Shown here: positions 19,059 through 29,324 of the stretch, in pieces
Numbering within the stretch: position 1 is the first letter of the stretch
How the letters are laid out: each line of letters begins with the position of its first letter
Assembly: GCA_963826785.1 (NCBI GenBank)
Contig: CAWGYD010000001.1
Coordinates: 288,001 to 352,000 of the forward strand
Direction of reading: 5' to 3'
DNA length: 64,000 nucleotides
Source: an uncultured delta proteobacterium
GTDB taxonomy: Bacteria; Desulfobacterota; Desulfobacteria; Desulfobacterales; Desulfosalsimonadaceae
Program-made: the position numbers and the translations under genes
The notes under the pieces: generated by a model
The model's input: only the letters and a program-made list of their open reading frames with translations
The model's database searches: none
What the model was told of the DNA's origin: nothing

Positions 19059-21332
19059 TTAATCCATCAGGCCATGGGCCTTGGTGACATCGGCGATATT
19101 GCCGGGTCCATGGCAGATGGCGCAGGTGTCGACGGTGTCCACAGAACCCCGGTTCCAGTCGATGGCCCCGCCGAACTGCTCCATGTGGCTCATGTCGGCA
19201 AGGCTGTTATGACAGGCGTAGCAGGCGCCGGCGATCGGCGTGATCACCCAGTCCGTGTCATTGGGCACGGTGTCGCGGGCCGCCGCCACATCGGCGCTGG
19301 TCGCATCCATTCCACTCATGACGCCCGTGATCCGGTCTGTGCTCATCAGCGCATTTTCAGGAACTTCATCCGGGAGGTAGGAGGTATCCAGGTGGCACTT
19401 GGTGCAGTTGGCGAGATTTCCCGGAAAGGTGACTTCAGACCAGTCATAGAAACCGCCGTGGCTTCCGCCTCTCACGAACTCGTAGGCAGATGCGCGGAAA
19501 TCTGCCGCATGAATGCCGTGGATCATGTCCTTGAGGTTATTGGTGGCTTCGGGATAATCTATCGGATTAGGACCGGCACCGGCAATCGGGGTCGCATTTG
19601 CGCGTCCCGAACTGGTCAGGTTCTGGTTATGGCACATGGTGCAGATTTGAACGCCGCCATCGGCCGTAAATACTCGGTTTCCGCCATGTCCTTCGAAAAT
19701 CTCATGGCAGGCGCCGCAGCCGAAACTGTCCGCAATGTCGCGCCGCGGGGTATTTCCGGCAACGGTCTTCACGACGGACTTGGTGTGCAGGGAGATCGTT
19801 TCACCGGCCACGTTCTGCTGATAATAGCCCTGCAGACCGACGGTCCGCATGGAGGCGCCGGCAGGGTAGGGATTGGGCAGGGTGGCGGTGCAGGTGCCGG
19901 AGGCAAACGTCAGATTACCGGCCGATCCATCTGCCAGGTTTGCGATGCTGATGGCTTGCGGCTGTCCGGCGGATCTGCCCAGGTTGTTGAAATCAGCCGG
20001 CTGGCTGATGCCGTCCTGGGGCAGGGCATAGGCAAACAGGAAGCTGGGCGAACCGCTCAGGCCGGCGGGCAGGCTTTTCAAATTCATGGCCGTGCCGTTG
20101 GAGAGAATCCGGAAGGTGATGGTCAGCATGTTGCCCTGGAGAACCGCCTTGTCGATTTCATACTCGATTTTGCGTTCCCCTTTGAGCAGGCCGGGGTTGT
20201 TTTCCGTGGCGTTTGCCGTGGTATGGATCTTGTCGATATCCAGTACCGGAACGATCTGGTTGTTGTGGCAGGCATCGCAGTTGCCGATGATGTTGGTGTG
20301 GAAGGAAGCGTTTTCCAGGACCCGGTCCGGGACGCCGTGGCACTGCATGAAGCACAGGCTTGCAGTTTGAACGGTCTTCCAGTTGTTTCCCTGGGGGGTG
20401 GCCTGATCATCGCCGTTGTGGCACTTCCGGCAGTTGCGCAGGTCCTGCGGATAGGTGACCTCCGAGTAATCCAGCGCGTTGCCGGAACGGTCGGTTATGT
20501 TCTCAAATTTGCCGCCGCTGTGGATGGTATGGGCAAGATATGCCAGATTCCCTTCGCCTTCGGCCAGTCCGGGATTGTGGCAGGTGACGCAGTATCCGAC
20601 CTCGGTGCGGCGGCCATGGATGGCCAGCGGATCATGGCATTCGTTGCAGGATGCGGTCATGGCCACATTCCGGTCATGGGTCACCGGGCTTCCGTCGGGC
20701 ACGAAGTCAAAGACAAAATTGCTCGGCTCAAAACCGGTGTCGCCGCCGCCGATCTGGCCGGCCAGGCGGTGGGTGACCGTGGGATCATAGGCGGGATCAC
20801 TGCCCACATCCGCGGCAAAGGTATAGGTGTATGTATTGTCGCCATTGGCCACCAGGACGCCGCCGTGATTGGGGCTGTCATAGGTGGGCTCGCCCGTATT
20901 GCTGACAATGTAGCTGTGCCAGGAATCGGGATTTCCATCGCTGCCCGCCACCAGCTTGACCAGGGTAAAGCGGATGACGTTGTCATAGATGTTCTCGGCA
21001 ATCGAATCGAGGCCGTCTACCGGGCGGCCCAGATCATCGACAAGTGCAAATGTGACTTCAGGCGGGCTGTCAATCGACACGGAAATGCTGTCGGGCTTCA
21101 TGCTGACGGTGCCCAGTTCGGCCTGCTGTTCGACGGTCATGGTGGAAAGATCAACCACCGCACCGCTGGGGGGGCCGGCGGGCCCGGGAGGGCCTTCCGG
21201 ACCGGAGGGACCGGCGGGGCCGGTATCCCCATCATCCCCGCTGCCGCATCCAGTCATAAGAAATGCGGACAGCAAGAGGATGAGAACACCAAAAAGCATT
21301 CTCCTCAATTTTTTTGAATGACTGCGGGGCAT
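19059..21332 (-). CDS. OmcA/MtrC-family decaheme cytochrome c lipoprotein
   Basis: Lipobox LMTGC, Gly-X-Y linker; two pentaheme blocks (CNECH, CVTCH, CRKCH, CFMQCH, CDACH / CGACH, CTMCH, CTKCH, CYACH, CAICH) each preceded by a heme-free domain; YPQDLRNCRKCH. ATG 21332 with AAGGAG. Confidence 0.9.
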   Translation of the reverse strand: MPRSHSKKLRRMLFGVLILLLSAFLMTGCGSGDDGDTGPAGPSGPEGPPGPAGPPSGAVVDLSTMTVEQQAELGTVSMKPDSISVSIDSPPEVTFALVDDLGRPVDGLDSIAENIYDNVIRFTLVKLVAGSDGNPDSWHSYIVSNTGEPTYDSPNHGGVLVANGDNTYTYTFAADVGSDPAYDPTVTHRLAGQIGGGDTGFEPSNFVFDFVPDGSPVTHDRNVAMTASCNECHDPLAIHGRRTEVGYCVTCHNPGLAEGEGNLAYLAHTIHSGGKFENITDRSGNALDYSEVTYPQDLRNCRKCHNGDDQATPQGNNWKTVQTASLCFMQCHGVPDRVLENASFHTNIIGNCDACHNNQIVPVLDIDKIHTTANATENNPGLLKGERKIEYEIDKAVLQGNMLTITFRILSNGTAMNLKSLPAGLSGSPSFLFAYALPQDGISQPADFNNLGRSAGQPQAISIANLADGSAGNLTFASGTCTATLPNPYPAGASMRTVGLQGYYQQNVAGETISLHTKSVVKTVAGNTPRRDIADSFGCGACHEIFEGHGGNRVFTADGGVQICTMCHNQNLTSSGRANATPIAGAGPNPIDYPEATNNLKDMIHGIHAADFRASAYEFVRGGSHGGFYDWSEVTFPGNLANCTKCHLDTSYLPDEVPENALMSTDRITGVMSGMDATSADVAAARDTVPNDTDWVITPIAGACYACHNSLADMSHMEQFGGAIDWNRGSVDTVDTCAICHGPGNIADVTKAHGLMD

Positions 21333-21863
21333 CAATTTCTCCTTTCTTCTATTTCTGCTTGGGGGTGTTGTTTGGGATTCCGGCATGGGCATCCCGTTTA
21401 CGAACAGCTTATGTATGGGGGCTGGGAAATATCGCTATGCCCAACATCAGAAAACCACATTTGCATTTCGAAACAGTGTTTTTCATCAGGCAAAATAAAC
21501 AAGCTGTATATATCACGTAGTGGCATGCCACAAAGTGACACAGAATAAAACGCAGTGTCAACAGAAAAAATGTGAGTTTCTGATAAGCGAATTTTCGCAC
21601 AATGTCGCCGGTTGAAAGCGCCTGATCCGGCTGGGCGGTGTTTTTACAATTATCCGGTGAATTCGATATAATTTTTTATCAGCGGGAATTTGCGTGGGAT
21701 GCGGGAAATTGACAGGGTACCCGCCAGGTCCTAAATTTTCAGGGGGCATCAATAGAATGGACATGAAAACAGGATCTTCGTCCGTGCAGGCATTTTTCCG
21801 GAACAACGGTTTAAAATCTGAATCCGGGTTCGATTTGGACGCACCGGCCGGCGATGTGCTTAA

Positions 21864-22337
21864 ATGAAGATGCCTGCGCGATCCCTGCTGGTGCAGTTTC
21901 TCAAGTACGGCATTTCCGGCGCGATGGCCACGCTGGTTCAGATCCTGGTGTTCTATACGCTGGCATGGAAGGTGTTTCCGGCCCTTCACCCCGATGATCC
22001 GGTGGTGAAACTGCTGGGCCTTTCGGTTGCGCATCTCAGCAACTCGCAGCGCGCCATCCATTCGATGTTGTGCAATGCCGTCGCGTTTGTGTTTGCCAAC
22101 ACCACCGCTTACCTGATCAATGCCGCCTGGGTTTTTGAACCCGGCCGGCATCGCCGGTGGGTGGAAGTCGGGCTGTTTTATCTGGTGTCCGGGGCCAGCA
22201 CGGCGATCGCTACAGCCATCATGGGGACGATGATCCGATATCTGGGAATGCACACCACCAATGCCTTTCTGGTCAATATCGGCGTTGCCCTGGTGCTCAA
22301 TTACGGATTCAGGAAATTTTTAATTTTCAAGGGATGA
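21864..22337 (+). CDS. GtrA-family membrane protein
   Basis: QFLKYGISGAMAT...YLINAAWVF...LNYGFRKFLIFK; four TM helices. Confidence 0.88.
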   Translation: MKMPARSLLVQFLKYGISGAMATLVQILVFYTLAWKVFPALHPDDPVVKLLGLSVAHLSNSQRAIHSMLCNAVAFVFANTTAYLINAAWVFEPGRHRRWVEVGLFYLVSGASTAIATAIMGTMIRYLGMHTTNAFLVNIGVALVLNYGFRKFLIFKG

Positions 22338-23180
22338 GGCGGGGCGGGTGCCGATTTCCGTAAATGTCGTCCGGATGATCCGGCCATCTTCCAGCCCCTC
22401 CCGGATCCGGGGGCTGAGCAGCGCGCAAAATTCATCCTCGTTTCGGTAAGCCGGCATGGCCTCCCGGAGGGCCGCTGTTTTGCGGATTGCCGGGTGGCAA
22501 TAAACCTCTGTCAGGCCGTCTTCGATGCGGGGGATGATGCGCATCCAGGCCGCTTCGGTCATATGGCCGGTTTCATGCAGCCCGAAAATCGCCCGGTTAA
22601 ATGTAATGCCCGCCTGGATGAGCCGGATGCGCAGCCGCCGCACCCAGGGGGACATGGCTGCGGCAGTCACAAAGGGGGTGATTCTCAACGGGGGGCGCTT
22701 CTGAAAGGGGAGCCGTATGGCCTTGATCCCGTATTTTCGGGCCAGGGGCAGCACGATATCCAGGATGGCGGGATGGATGTGCAGGTGGTTGTGGCTGTTC
22801 AGGTGGTCCATTTCAAGCCCCGTGTCCAGAAAAGACCGGATCTGGGCCTCGCACTCTTTGGCAATCTGGCGCTTGTGTTCTTTTGAAAAAAAACGGCGGA
22901 TGCCGCTTAAGACGATGTGCCGGGAAAACTGTTTTGAGGTGTCCACCAGTGCGGGAATTTCATGTGCCGGGAGCACGGAAAGACCGTCTGCCAGCACCAG
23001 GTGGAGGCCGACTTTGAGGGCCGGGTTTTGTTTGGCCATCCAAACGGCCTCTTTTGCCGCCCTGCCGCTGACCATGAGGCTGGCGCAGGTGAGCACCCCT
23101 TTTTCACAGGCCTGGATTACGGCCTGGTTGGTTTCCGTGCACAATCCGAAATCGTCGGCGGTGATGATGAGCTGTTTCAT
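22320..23180 (-). CDS. hpnK: Hopanoid-associated ChbG/YdjC-family deacetylase HpnK
   Basis: MKQLIITADDFGL, VGLHLVL, DHLNSHNHLHIHP, EVYCHP; ATGA-coupled to hpnI. Confidence 0.85.
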   Translation of the reverse strand: MKQLIITADDFGLCTETNQAVIQACEKGVLTCASLMVSGRAAKEAVWMAKQNPALKVGLHLVLADGLSVLPAHEIPALVDTSKQFSRHIVLSGIRRFFSKEHKRQIAKECEAQIRSFLDTGLEMDHLNSHNHLHIHPAILDIVLPLARKYGIKAIRLPFQKRPPLRITPFVTAAAMSPWVRRLRIRLIQAGITFNRAIFGLHETGHMTEAAWMRIIPRIEDGLTEVYCHPAIRKTAALREAMPAYRNEDEFCALLSPRIREGLEDGRIIRTTFTEIGTRPASSLEN

Positions 23181-24316
23181 GTTTCTTTTTCCAGCATTCT
23201 GCCGTGTTTCAGGACAAAGCTTCTGCCTCTCCAGTACCCTTTTTTCTTTACAAGTCCCGTCAGCCAGACGAATACGCCCAGGATATCCCGCAGGGGCAGC
23301 AGCCAGGCATATTTCAACGCGTCCAGGTCGCCCAGAAAAGCCGCATTGATCATTGCGGTAAAAATCCGCAGGCCCAGCGCAGAAAGGAGCACCCCCATTC
23401 CGTAAGTGCCGCCGGCTGCAGCATAGAGGCAGGCAAACGGAAGGCCGCGCACGAACAGGCTCAGGATGAACCCGGAGGGGTTGGCCGATCTGGTTTTCTG
23501 GTCCCAGCAGACCTGGTGCCGCCACCACTGGCCGGCCGTCTGGATATCCAGGCTCATCTTGACGGAATAGGGGATGAAACGGATCCGATACCCTTTCTGC
23601 ACGGCGCGGCGGCCCAGTTCGTAATCTTCCACGTAAAAGTCGCACAGGGGGGCCAGTCCGTCGATTTTCTGCAATACGCCACGCCGCATGGCCATGTTGG
23701 CCCCGGTGCAGGCCAAAGCGGTCCGGGTGACCACGGCAAAAATGATGGAGACGATAAAATCCGTGTTAAAGGAGAGAAGGGCAAGGGCTTCATAGAGGTT
23801 TTTCGGATTCCATGCCCGGTAAATGGTGCAGCAGACGCCCGTTTGCGCATCGGCCAGGGGCGCGACAATGTTTTTGAGGTAATCGGGTTCCAGAAACATG
23901 TCCGTGTCCGAGAAAACGAGAACCTCCCCCCGGGCCAGACGGCTGGCATTGTGCAGGTTGTTCACCTTTCCGTTGGTCCCGATCACCCGCTCATCGATAA
24001 CGACCCGGGTATTTAACAGTTCAGAATCCCTGACGATTTTCTCTATGACCGCCAGTGCCGGATCACTTTTTCGCTGAACGGCAAAAATCACCTCGTATGC
24101 CGGGTAATCCTGGCGGCAGGCAGACGCCAGATTGGGCAGAAGATCCTTTTCCAGACCGCAGACCGGCCGGATCAGCGACACGAAAGGAACAAAGGGGTCA
24201 GGCTGGGCAAACCCGCCCTTTCGTTTTGAGACAAAAAAGATCACGCAGGCGGTGGTCCCCACCCAGAACAGGCCGGCCATGAAAACGGGAATGAGAAGCA
24301 GGAAGGGCCAGTTCAT
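23177..24316 (-). CDS. hpnI: GT2 / ceramide-glucosyltransferase-like HpnI
   Basis: RPVCGLE, QDYPAYEVIF, GTNGKVNNL, FSDTD, VEDYELG; lies between hpnJ and hpnK. Confidence 0.82.
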   Translation of the reverse strand: MNWPFLLLIPVFMAGLFWVGTTACVIFFVSKRKGGFAQPDPFVPFVSLIRPVCGLEKDLLPNLASACRQDYPAYEVIFAVQRKSDPALAVIEKIVRDSELLNTRVVIDERVIGTNGKVNNLHNASRLARGEVLVFSDTDMFLEPDYLKNIVAPLADAQTGVCCTIYRAWNPKNLYEALALLSFNTDFIVSIIFAVVTRTALACTGANMAMRRGVLQKIDGLAPLCDFYVEDYELGRRAVQKGYRIRFIPYSVKMSLDIQTAGQWWRHQVCWDQKTRSANPSGFILSLFVRGLPFACLYAAAGGTYGMGVLLSALGLRIFTAMINAAFLGDLDALKYAWLLPLRDILGVFVWLTGLVKKKGYWRGRSFVLKHGRMLEKET

Positions 24317-24371
24317 ATCATATTCCCGATTGGACGCCCGCTGCCGGAAGGCTGCCGCATGGGGATCAATT

Positions 24372-25793
24372 TCAGCACTCCTTTTTCCGCTGGTGCATGA
24401 AAGTGAAAAATTCCCGCCCTTCCCGGAGCCGCCTGCGGCAGACCTCCCGGTCGGTGATCATGCTCCTTAACATCCGCAGGATCGGCTTTGTGCGGAAATA
24501 GAACCGGTGGTAAAACATTTCCACGGCATCGAAGATCTCTTCTTTGGACAGGTTTTCAAACTCATGGGACGCATGCTGGACCCCCGATCCGGAAACGACC
24601 GCATCTTCGCAAAGCCAGTTGTTCGCCAGTGCCTGCCGGTAGAATTCCGTCCCCGGATAGGGTGTGGCGATGGACACCTGCAGGGTGTCCGGATCGAGTT
24701 CTTTTGCAAATGAGATGGTCTTTGCGATCGTCTCCCGGGTCTCGCCTGGCAGGCCGACCACGAAAGTGGCATGAACCGCAATGCCGAGTTTTTTGCAGGT
24801 GGAGATGAATTTCCGGGACTGCTCCGTGGTGATCCCTTTTTTGATGTTTTTCAGGATCTCATCGCTGCCGGATTCGACCCCGACCATGACCAGCCGCAGC
24901 CCGGATTCTTTCATGACCCGCAGGGTCCTTTCGGGAATATCGGCCCGGGAACTGCATGACCAGGTGATATTGAGCGGGGCGAGCCCCCGGGCGATTTCTT
25001 CGGCCCGCCGGGGTTTGGCGGTAAAGGCGTCGTCGTCAAAAAAAAATTCCCGGACCCGGGGGAACATCTGCCGCGCGCGGGCGATCTCGTCGACGACCTG
25101 GCCGGGGGAGCGGGTGCGGTACCTGCGGCCGGCGATGGTCTGGGGCCACAGGCAGAAGGTGCATTTCCCGGTGCAGCCGCGCCCGGTATAAAGGGCCAGG
25201 TAAGGATGCTGAAGATAGCCGATGAAGTATTTGTCGATGGACAGATCGCGCTGGTATACATCGAGCACCGAAGGCAGCGCATCCATGTCGGAAAGGGGGT
25301 CCCGGTCCCGGTTACGGACGATTCTCCCGTCCCGGAGATAAGATATCCCCTCCACTCCGGACAGGGGCCGCCCTGCCGCGATTTCTGCGACGGCGTAGTC
25401 GAACTCCCCCCGGACGACAAACTCCGGTCCGGCATCGCCGGCCAGCGCCGCTTCGGGAAGCGCGGTCACGTGGGGGCCCACCATCCCGATGCGCATGCCC
25501 GGATACCGCTGCCTGAAGCTTTCGGCCAGCGCGAGGTCATGGCAAAATCCCGGGGTGCTGGTATAGATGATGAGCACATCGAAGCCGTTTCCCTGACACA
25601 CGGTTTCTTCAAAGGTCATTTCTTCCACGGGGGCATCGATGACCCGGCTGTTCGGGCATAATGCCGCCGCCTGGGCAAGCCAGACCGGATACCAGAAGGA
25701 ACGGATTTCCCTTCTGGCCTGGTACCGGCTTCCGGCCCCCCCGTCGAATCCCGCAAAAGAGGGCGGATTGACAAACAGTACACGTTTTTCCAT
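24372..25793 (-). CDS. hpnJ: Hopanoid-associated radical SAM protein HpnJ
   Basis: N-terminus NPPSFAGFDGGAGSRYQARREIRSFWYPVWLAQ; YTGRGCTGKCTFCLWPQT. Confidence 0.9.
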   Translation of the reverse strand: MEKRVLFVNPPSFAGFDGGAGSRYQARREIRSFWYPVWLAQAAALCPNSRVIDAPVEEMTFEETVCQGNGFDVLIIYTSTPGFCHDLALAESFRQRYPGMRIGMVGPHVTALPEAALAGDAGPEFVVRGEFDYAVAEIAAGRPLSGVEGISYLRDGRIVRNRDRDPLSDMDALPSVLDVYQRDLSIDKYFIGYLQHPYLALYTGRGCTGKCTFCLWPQTIAGRRYRTRSPGQVVDEIARARQMFPRVREFFFDDDAFTAKPRRAEEIARGLAPLNITWSCSSRADIPERTLRVMKESGLRLVMVGVESGSDEILKNIKKGITTEQSRKFISTCKKLGIAVHATFVVGLPGETRETIAKTISFAKELDPDTLQVSIATPYPGTEFYRQALANNWLCEDAVVSGSGVQHASHEFENLSKEEIFDAVEMFYHRFYFRTKPILRMLRSMITDREVCRRRLREGREFFTFMHQRKKEC

Positions 25794-26094
25794 GGTGGGT
25801 AGTCCCCTTCGCTGCTGCCGGAGTTTCTGCAAAATAATGTCCATCATCTTAACCGGTACGATAACAATCGATTATTGGGGGATCCATCTATTTTAGGTGC
25901 GGAACAGACAGTATTTTGATCATACCGCACATGGCAAATGACTACTGTATATGCCGAATTCCCCGGCCGTGCGGGCTCCCCCCGGTTTGTATTTCCATTT
26001 GATGAGATTATAATTCTAAAGTGGTTTTCGCGTAAGACAGGGTCTTTGGGCCCGTTATTCATAAAAGGACATAAATCAGAATGAGGAGCTTCAG

Positions 26095-27339
26095 TTGAAC
26101 CCATGTGCCATCACTGCCATACTGCTGGCGCCGGATGCAGGCGGAGAAAAGCGTATATACCGCGTACCGGCAGTCCGCAGGCTCGCCCTTCTCCTGCGCA
26201 GGGCGGGAATCCAACGGATCCATATCATCGGGCGCACCGCGATCACAGACCCGACGCTCTCCGATCTTCTCCCGCCGGAAGCCTTCCTCTCTGCAGGGGA
26301 AGGGCAACATCCGGCGAACTGCATCCATTCCCTTTCTTTGAATGATGATGATCAGGTTCTGATCATGCGGGCCGATCTGGTCATCGACCGGATTTTACTG
26401 GATCGCATGCTGGCGGAAGCGGGAAAGGGGCCGGGTGTTTTCATGCCTGCAGAAAAATCAGCGCCCGGTGACGGGCTTTATCTCACCGGGGCCGGAGCCG
26501 GGCAGAAAATCATAGAGGCGCTGTGGTCTTGTGGATTGTCTCCGGTCGAATCTTCTGCCGGTCTTCGCGTGGTCAGGGGAGAGTCGGGGCTGCCCTGCCG
26601 TGCCGGGGATGAAACCTCAAGACGGATTGCGGAGGAAGGGTTGATCCGGTCCCTGGGGGGTGCCACCACGGATGACGGGTTCATGGCCCGCCATGTGGAC
26701 CGGCGGGTTTCCCGTTTTTTCAGCAGGCGGCTGGCCCATACCCGGGTCTCGCCCAACCAGATCACGCTCATCGGGATGTCCATCGGGCTGCTGGGGGCGT
26801 TTTTCCTGTATCTGCCGGACTATGCCTTCCGGCTTTCCGGCGCGCTGCTCTTTGTCCTGTGTGTGGTCATCGACGGTGTGGATGGGGAGGTCGCCCGTTT
26901 GAAACTCATGGAGACGGATTTCGGGCATGCCCTCGATATCATCACCGACAATGTCGTGCATGTCGCGGTATTTGTCGGCATCGGGGTCGGCCTCTACCAT
27001 CAGACGGGAAACAGTTTCTATCTTCATGCCCTGGGATTTCTGATTGCCGGTTTCGGCCTGAGCGCCATTTCGGTGTACTGCTGCATCCTGAAGCGCAGCC
27101 CGGAAGAGATCGTTCGGTTTCCCCGGACCATGCGGCTGATGACCCTTCTGGCCAGCCGGGATTTTGCCTATCTCGTCCTGATTTTCGCGGCCTTTGATCG
27201 CCTGGCCTGGTTTCTGACGGCCACGTCGGCTGGGATTTATCTTTTCAATGCGCTGCTCTGGGGCTTTTGCCTGCTCGAAATCCACCGGCAAAAACCGGGT
27301 TTTTCAAAACCTTACAAGATCGTCAAAAATGATTTATGA
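26095..27339 (+). CDS. CDP-alcohol phosphotransferase with N-terminal NTP-transferase-like domain
   Basis: SPNQIT; full motif DGVDGEVARLKLMETDFGHALDIITD; TTG start after GAGGAG. Confidence 0.85.
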   Translation: MNPCAITAILLAPDAGGEKRIYRVPAVRRLALLLRRAGIQRIHIIGRTAITDPTLSDLLPPEAFLSAGEGQHPANCIHSLSLNDDDQVLIMRADLVIDRILLDRMLAEAGKGPGVFMPAEKSAPGDGLYLTGAGAGQKIIEALWSCGLSPVESSAGLRVVRGESGLPCRAGDETSRRIAEEGLIRSLGGATTDDGFMARHVDRRVSRFFSRRLAHTRVSPNQITLIGMSIGLLGAFFLYLPDYAFRLSGALLFVLCVVIDGVDGEVARLKLMETDFGHALDIITDNVVHVAVFVGIGVGLYHQTGNSFYLHALGFLIAGFGLSAISVYCCILKRSPEEIVRFPRTMRLMTLLASRDFAYLVLIFAAFDRLAWFLTATSAGIYLFNALLWGFCLLEIHRQKPGFSKPYKIVKNDL

Positions 27340-28656
27340 AGCTTCTGATCGTACAGCCATCTCATTACAAAAGCCGCTCCAATCGTTCCCTGCATAAAAT
27401 GCGCAAGCGCAAGTTCATCGGTCTGACGCTGCCCTACCTGGCCGCGCTGACCCCGGACGGGTGGGAGTGCTCGCTGGTGGATGAGCAGCTGGCGGATGTC
27501 GACTTTAACGCCTCTGCGGATCTTGTCGCCATCAGCGCCTGGACCATCAACTCTTTCAGGGCGTATGAGATTGCCGACCGGTTCAGACAGCGCGGCGTGC
27601 CGGTGATCATGGGCGGGCCGCACACCTATTTCTATGCGGCGGAAGCGGCAAAACATTGCGACTCCGTGGGGATCGGCGAGGGGGAAAGCATCTGGTCCGA
27701 AATGCTCGAGGACGCGGCCCGGGGGGAGTTGAAGCCGGTCTATCGGGGGATCGAGGCCGGAGAACTCCGGAACCTCCCTTTTCCCCGCTACGATCTGCTG
27801 GATCTCAAGAAGTACGGCCTGGTCCGGACCTTCGCCCTGCAGACCTCCCGGGGATGCCCCTTCAAATGCGAATTCTGCTCTGAACGCTTCTACCTGGGCT
27901 CCGGATATCGCTATCGGCCGGTGGCGGAGGTGATCGAGGAGATCAAAAGGACCGAAGGCGCGCTATATCCTGTTCGCGGAAAGCAATTTTGCGGGGAAGA
28001 TGAGCCATACCATGGAACTCATGGAGGCCCTGATCCCGTTAAAGATCAGATGGTCGACCCTGTGGTCCGCCTACCTGTGCAAGAACCGCGAGTTCATGGA
28101 CCTGGCCCGCCAGAGCGGGCTCTTGCATGTCAACATCGGGATTGAAAGCATCGAGGGCGCCACCCTGGCGGCCATGAACAAAAAGCAGAACAAGGTGGAG
28201 GAATACCGGGAGATTTTTAAAAACCTGAGAGACCGGGGCATCAGCTATTCGGTCAATCTGCAGTTCGGCTGGGACACGGAAACACCGGACGTTTTTGCCG
28301 CCACCCTTGAATTTCTCCACAGGGAAAGGGTGCCGGTGGCCTATTTCGACATCCTGACGCCGCACCGGGGAACCACTCTGTATGAGCGGATGCAGGCCGA
28401 AGGGCGCATCATCGATGATTACAACATCGGCAGATGGCCCGGCATCAACTGCTACCTGAAACCGGCCTATTGCTCCCCCCGGGAACTGGAACAAAACGTG
28501 GCCAGTACATTCAAGACCTTTTACCAGCTCCCCTCCATCATCGCCCGCCTTCCGATCCCACTGACCAAGAGCGCCATCGCTTCATGGGTCGTCAACCTGT
28601 CCCAGTGGAAAATCACCCATGCGGGCATGGCCATGGAGAACTTCGATCATTATTGA
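27336..28656 (+). CDS. B12-binding (class B-like) radical SAM protein; frameshift near 27954
   Basis: LPYLAALTP...GVPVIMGGPH, TSRGCPFKCEFC; continues in ORF 28000-28656 (IGIES, TPHRGT). One extra base splits it. Confidence 0.85.
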
Positions 28657-29276
28657 ATCGCCTTCTGCTGGAGGCGCATCTTTTCGATCAAATTATTGAA
28701 AGACGACCCCTTGATGACCCGGTTGAAGGAGTTGCGGTACTTCCCCGTGATGCTGACCCCGTCGATGACCACGTCCCGGATTCGCCATTTCCCATCCGTT
28801 ATGGCCAGGCGGTAATCCACCGGAATCTGCTCGTTGGGCCGGAAGATGAGGGTCTTTACGATGGTTTCCCCATCGACGTTTTCCGCGGGGGAATAGCGGA
28901 TCTGCTCCTGCTTGAGAAAATCCAGGACCAGCCGGGTGTAGGCGTCCTGGAACAGGTCCTGGAAAATGGAGGTGAACTCCGCCCGCTGTTTTTCGTCGAG
29001 TTCCTGCCAGTGGTCGGAAAGGGCGCTCTTGGCCATATCGGCCATGTCGATATTCCTGGAAATGACCGCCTTGATGGCGCTTCTTCTTTCTTCCCGGTGT
29101 TCCGGCCCGGCCATTTCCGGATTGTTCTGGATGGCCATGACCGCATCGAGCATGTTTGAGACATATTCCACGGGCCCTGCGGCGGCGCACCCTGCCTGCC
29201 GGACATAAATGAGCGGAATGAGACATGCCGCGATCAAGGCAACGATTTTTCGGGCAAAACAGGGTGTGGGGCACAT
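28650..29276 (-). CDS. hpnM: MlaC/Ttg2D-family periplasmic lipid-binding protein (HpnM-like)
   Basis: Signal peptide; WRIRDVVIDGVSITGKYRNSF; directly downstream of the MMPL transporter. Confidence 0.75.
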   Translation of the reverse strand: MCPTPCFARKIVALIAACLIPLIYVRQAGCAAAGPVEYVSNMLDAVMAIQNNPEMAGPEHREERRSAIKAVISRNIDMADMAKSALSDHWQELDEKQRAEFTSIFQDLFQDAYTRLVLDFLKQEQIRYSPAENVDGETIVKTLIFRPNEQIPVDYRLAITDGKWRIRDVVIDGVSITGKYRNSFNRVIKGSSFNNLIEKMRLQQKAIQ

Positions 29277-29324
29277 ATCGACCTCCTGGGATTCAATTTT
29301 TGGTAAATTTTTCCGGTTTAACCG

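Noticed and set aside
19074..21317. 747-aa ORF on the + strand
   Set aside because: Antisense shadow of the decaheme gene; no motifs; expected from GC-rich codon bias.
23181..23645. N-terminal extension of the 441-aa ORF 22320-23645
   Set aside because: Overlaps hpnI in another frame; HpnK homology starts at MKQLIITADD (23180).
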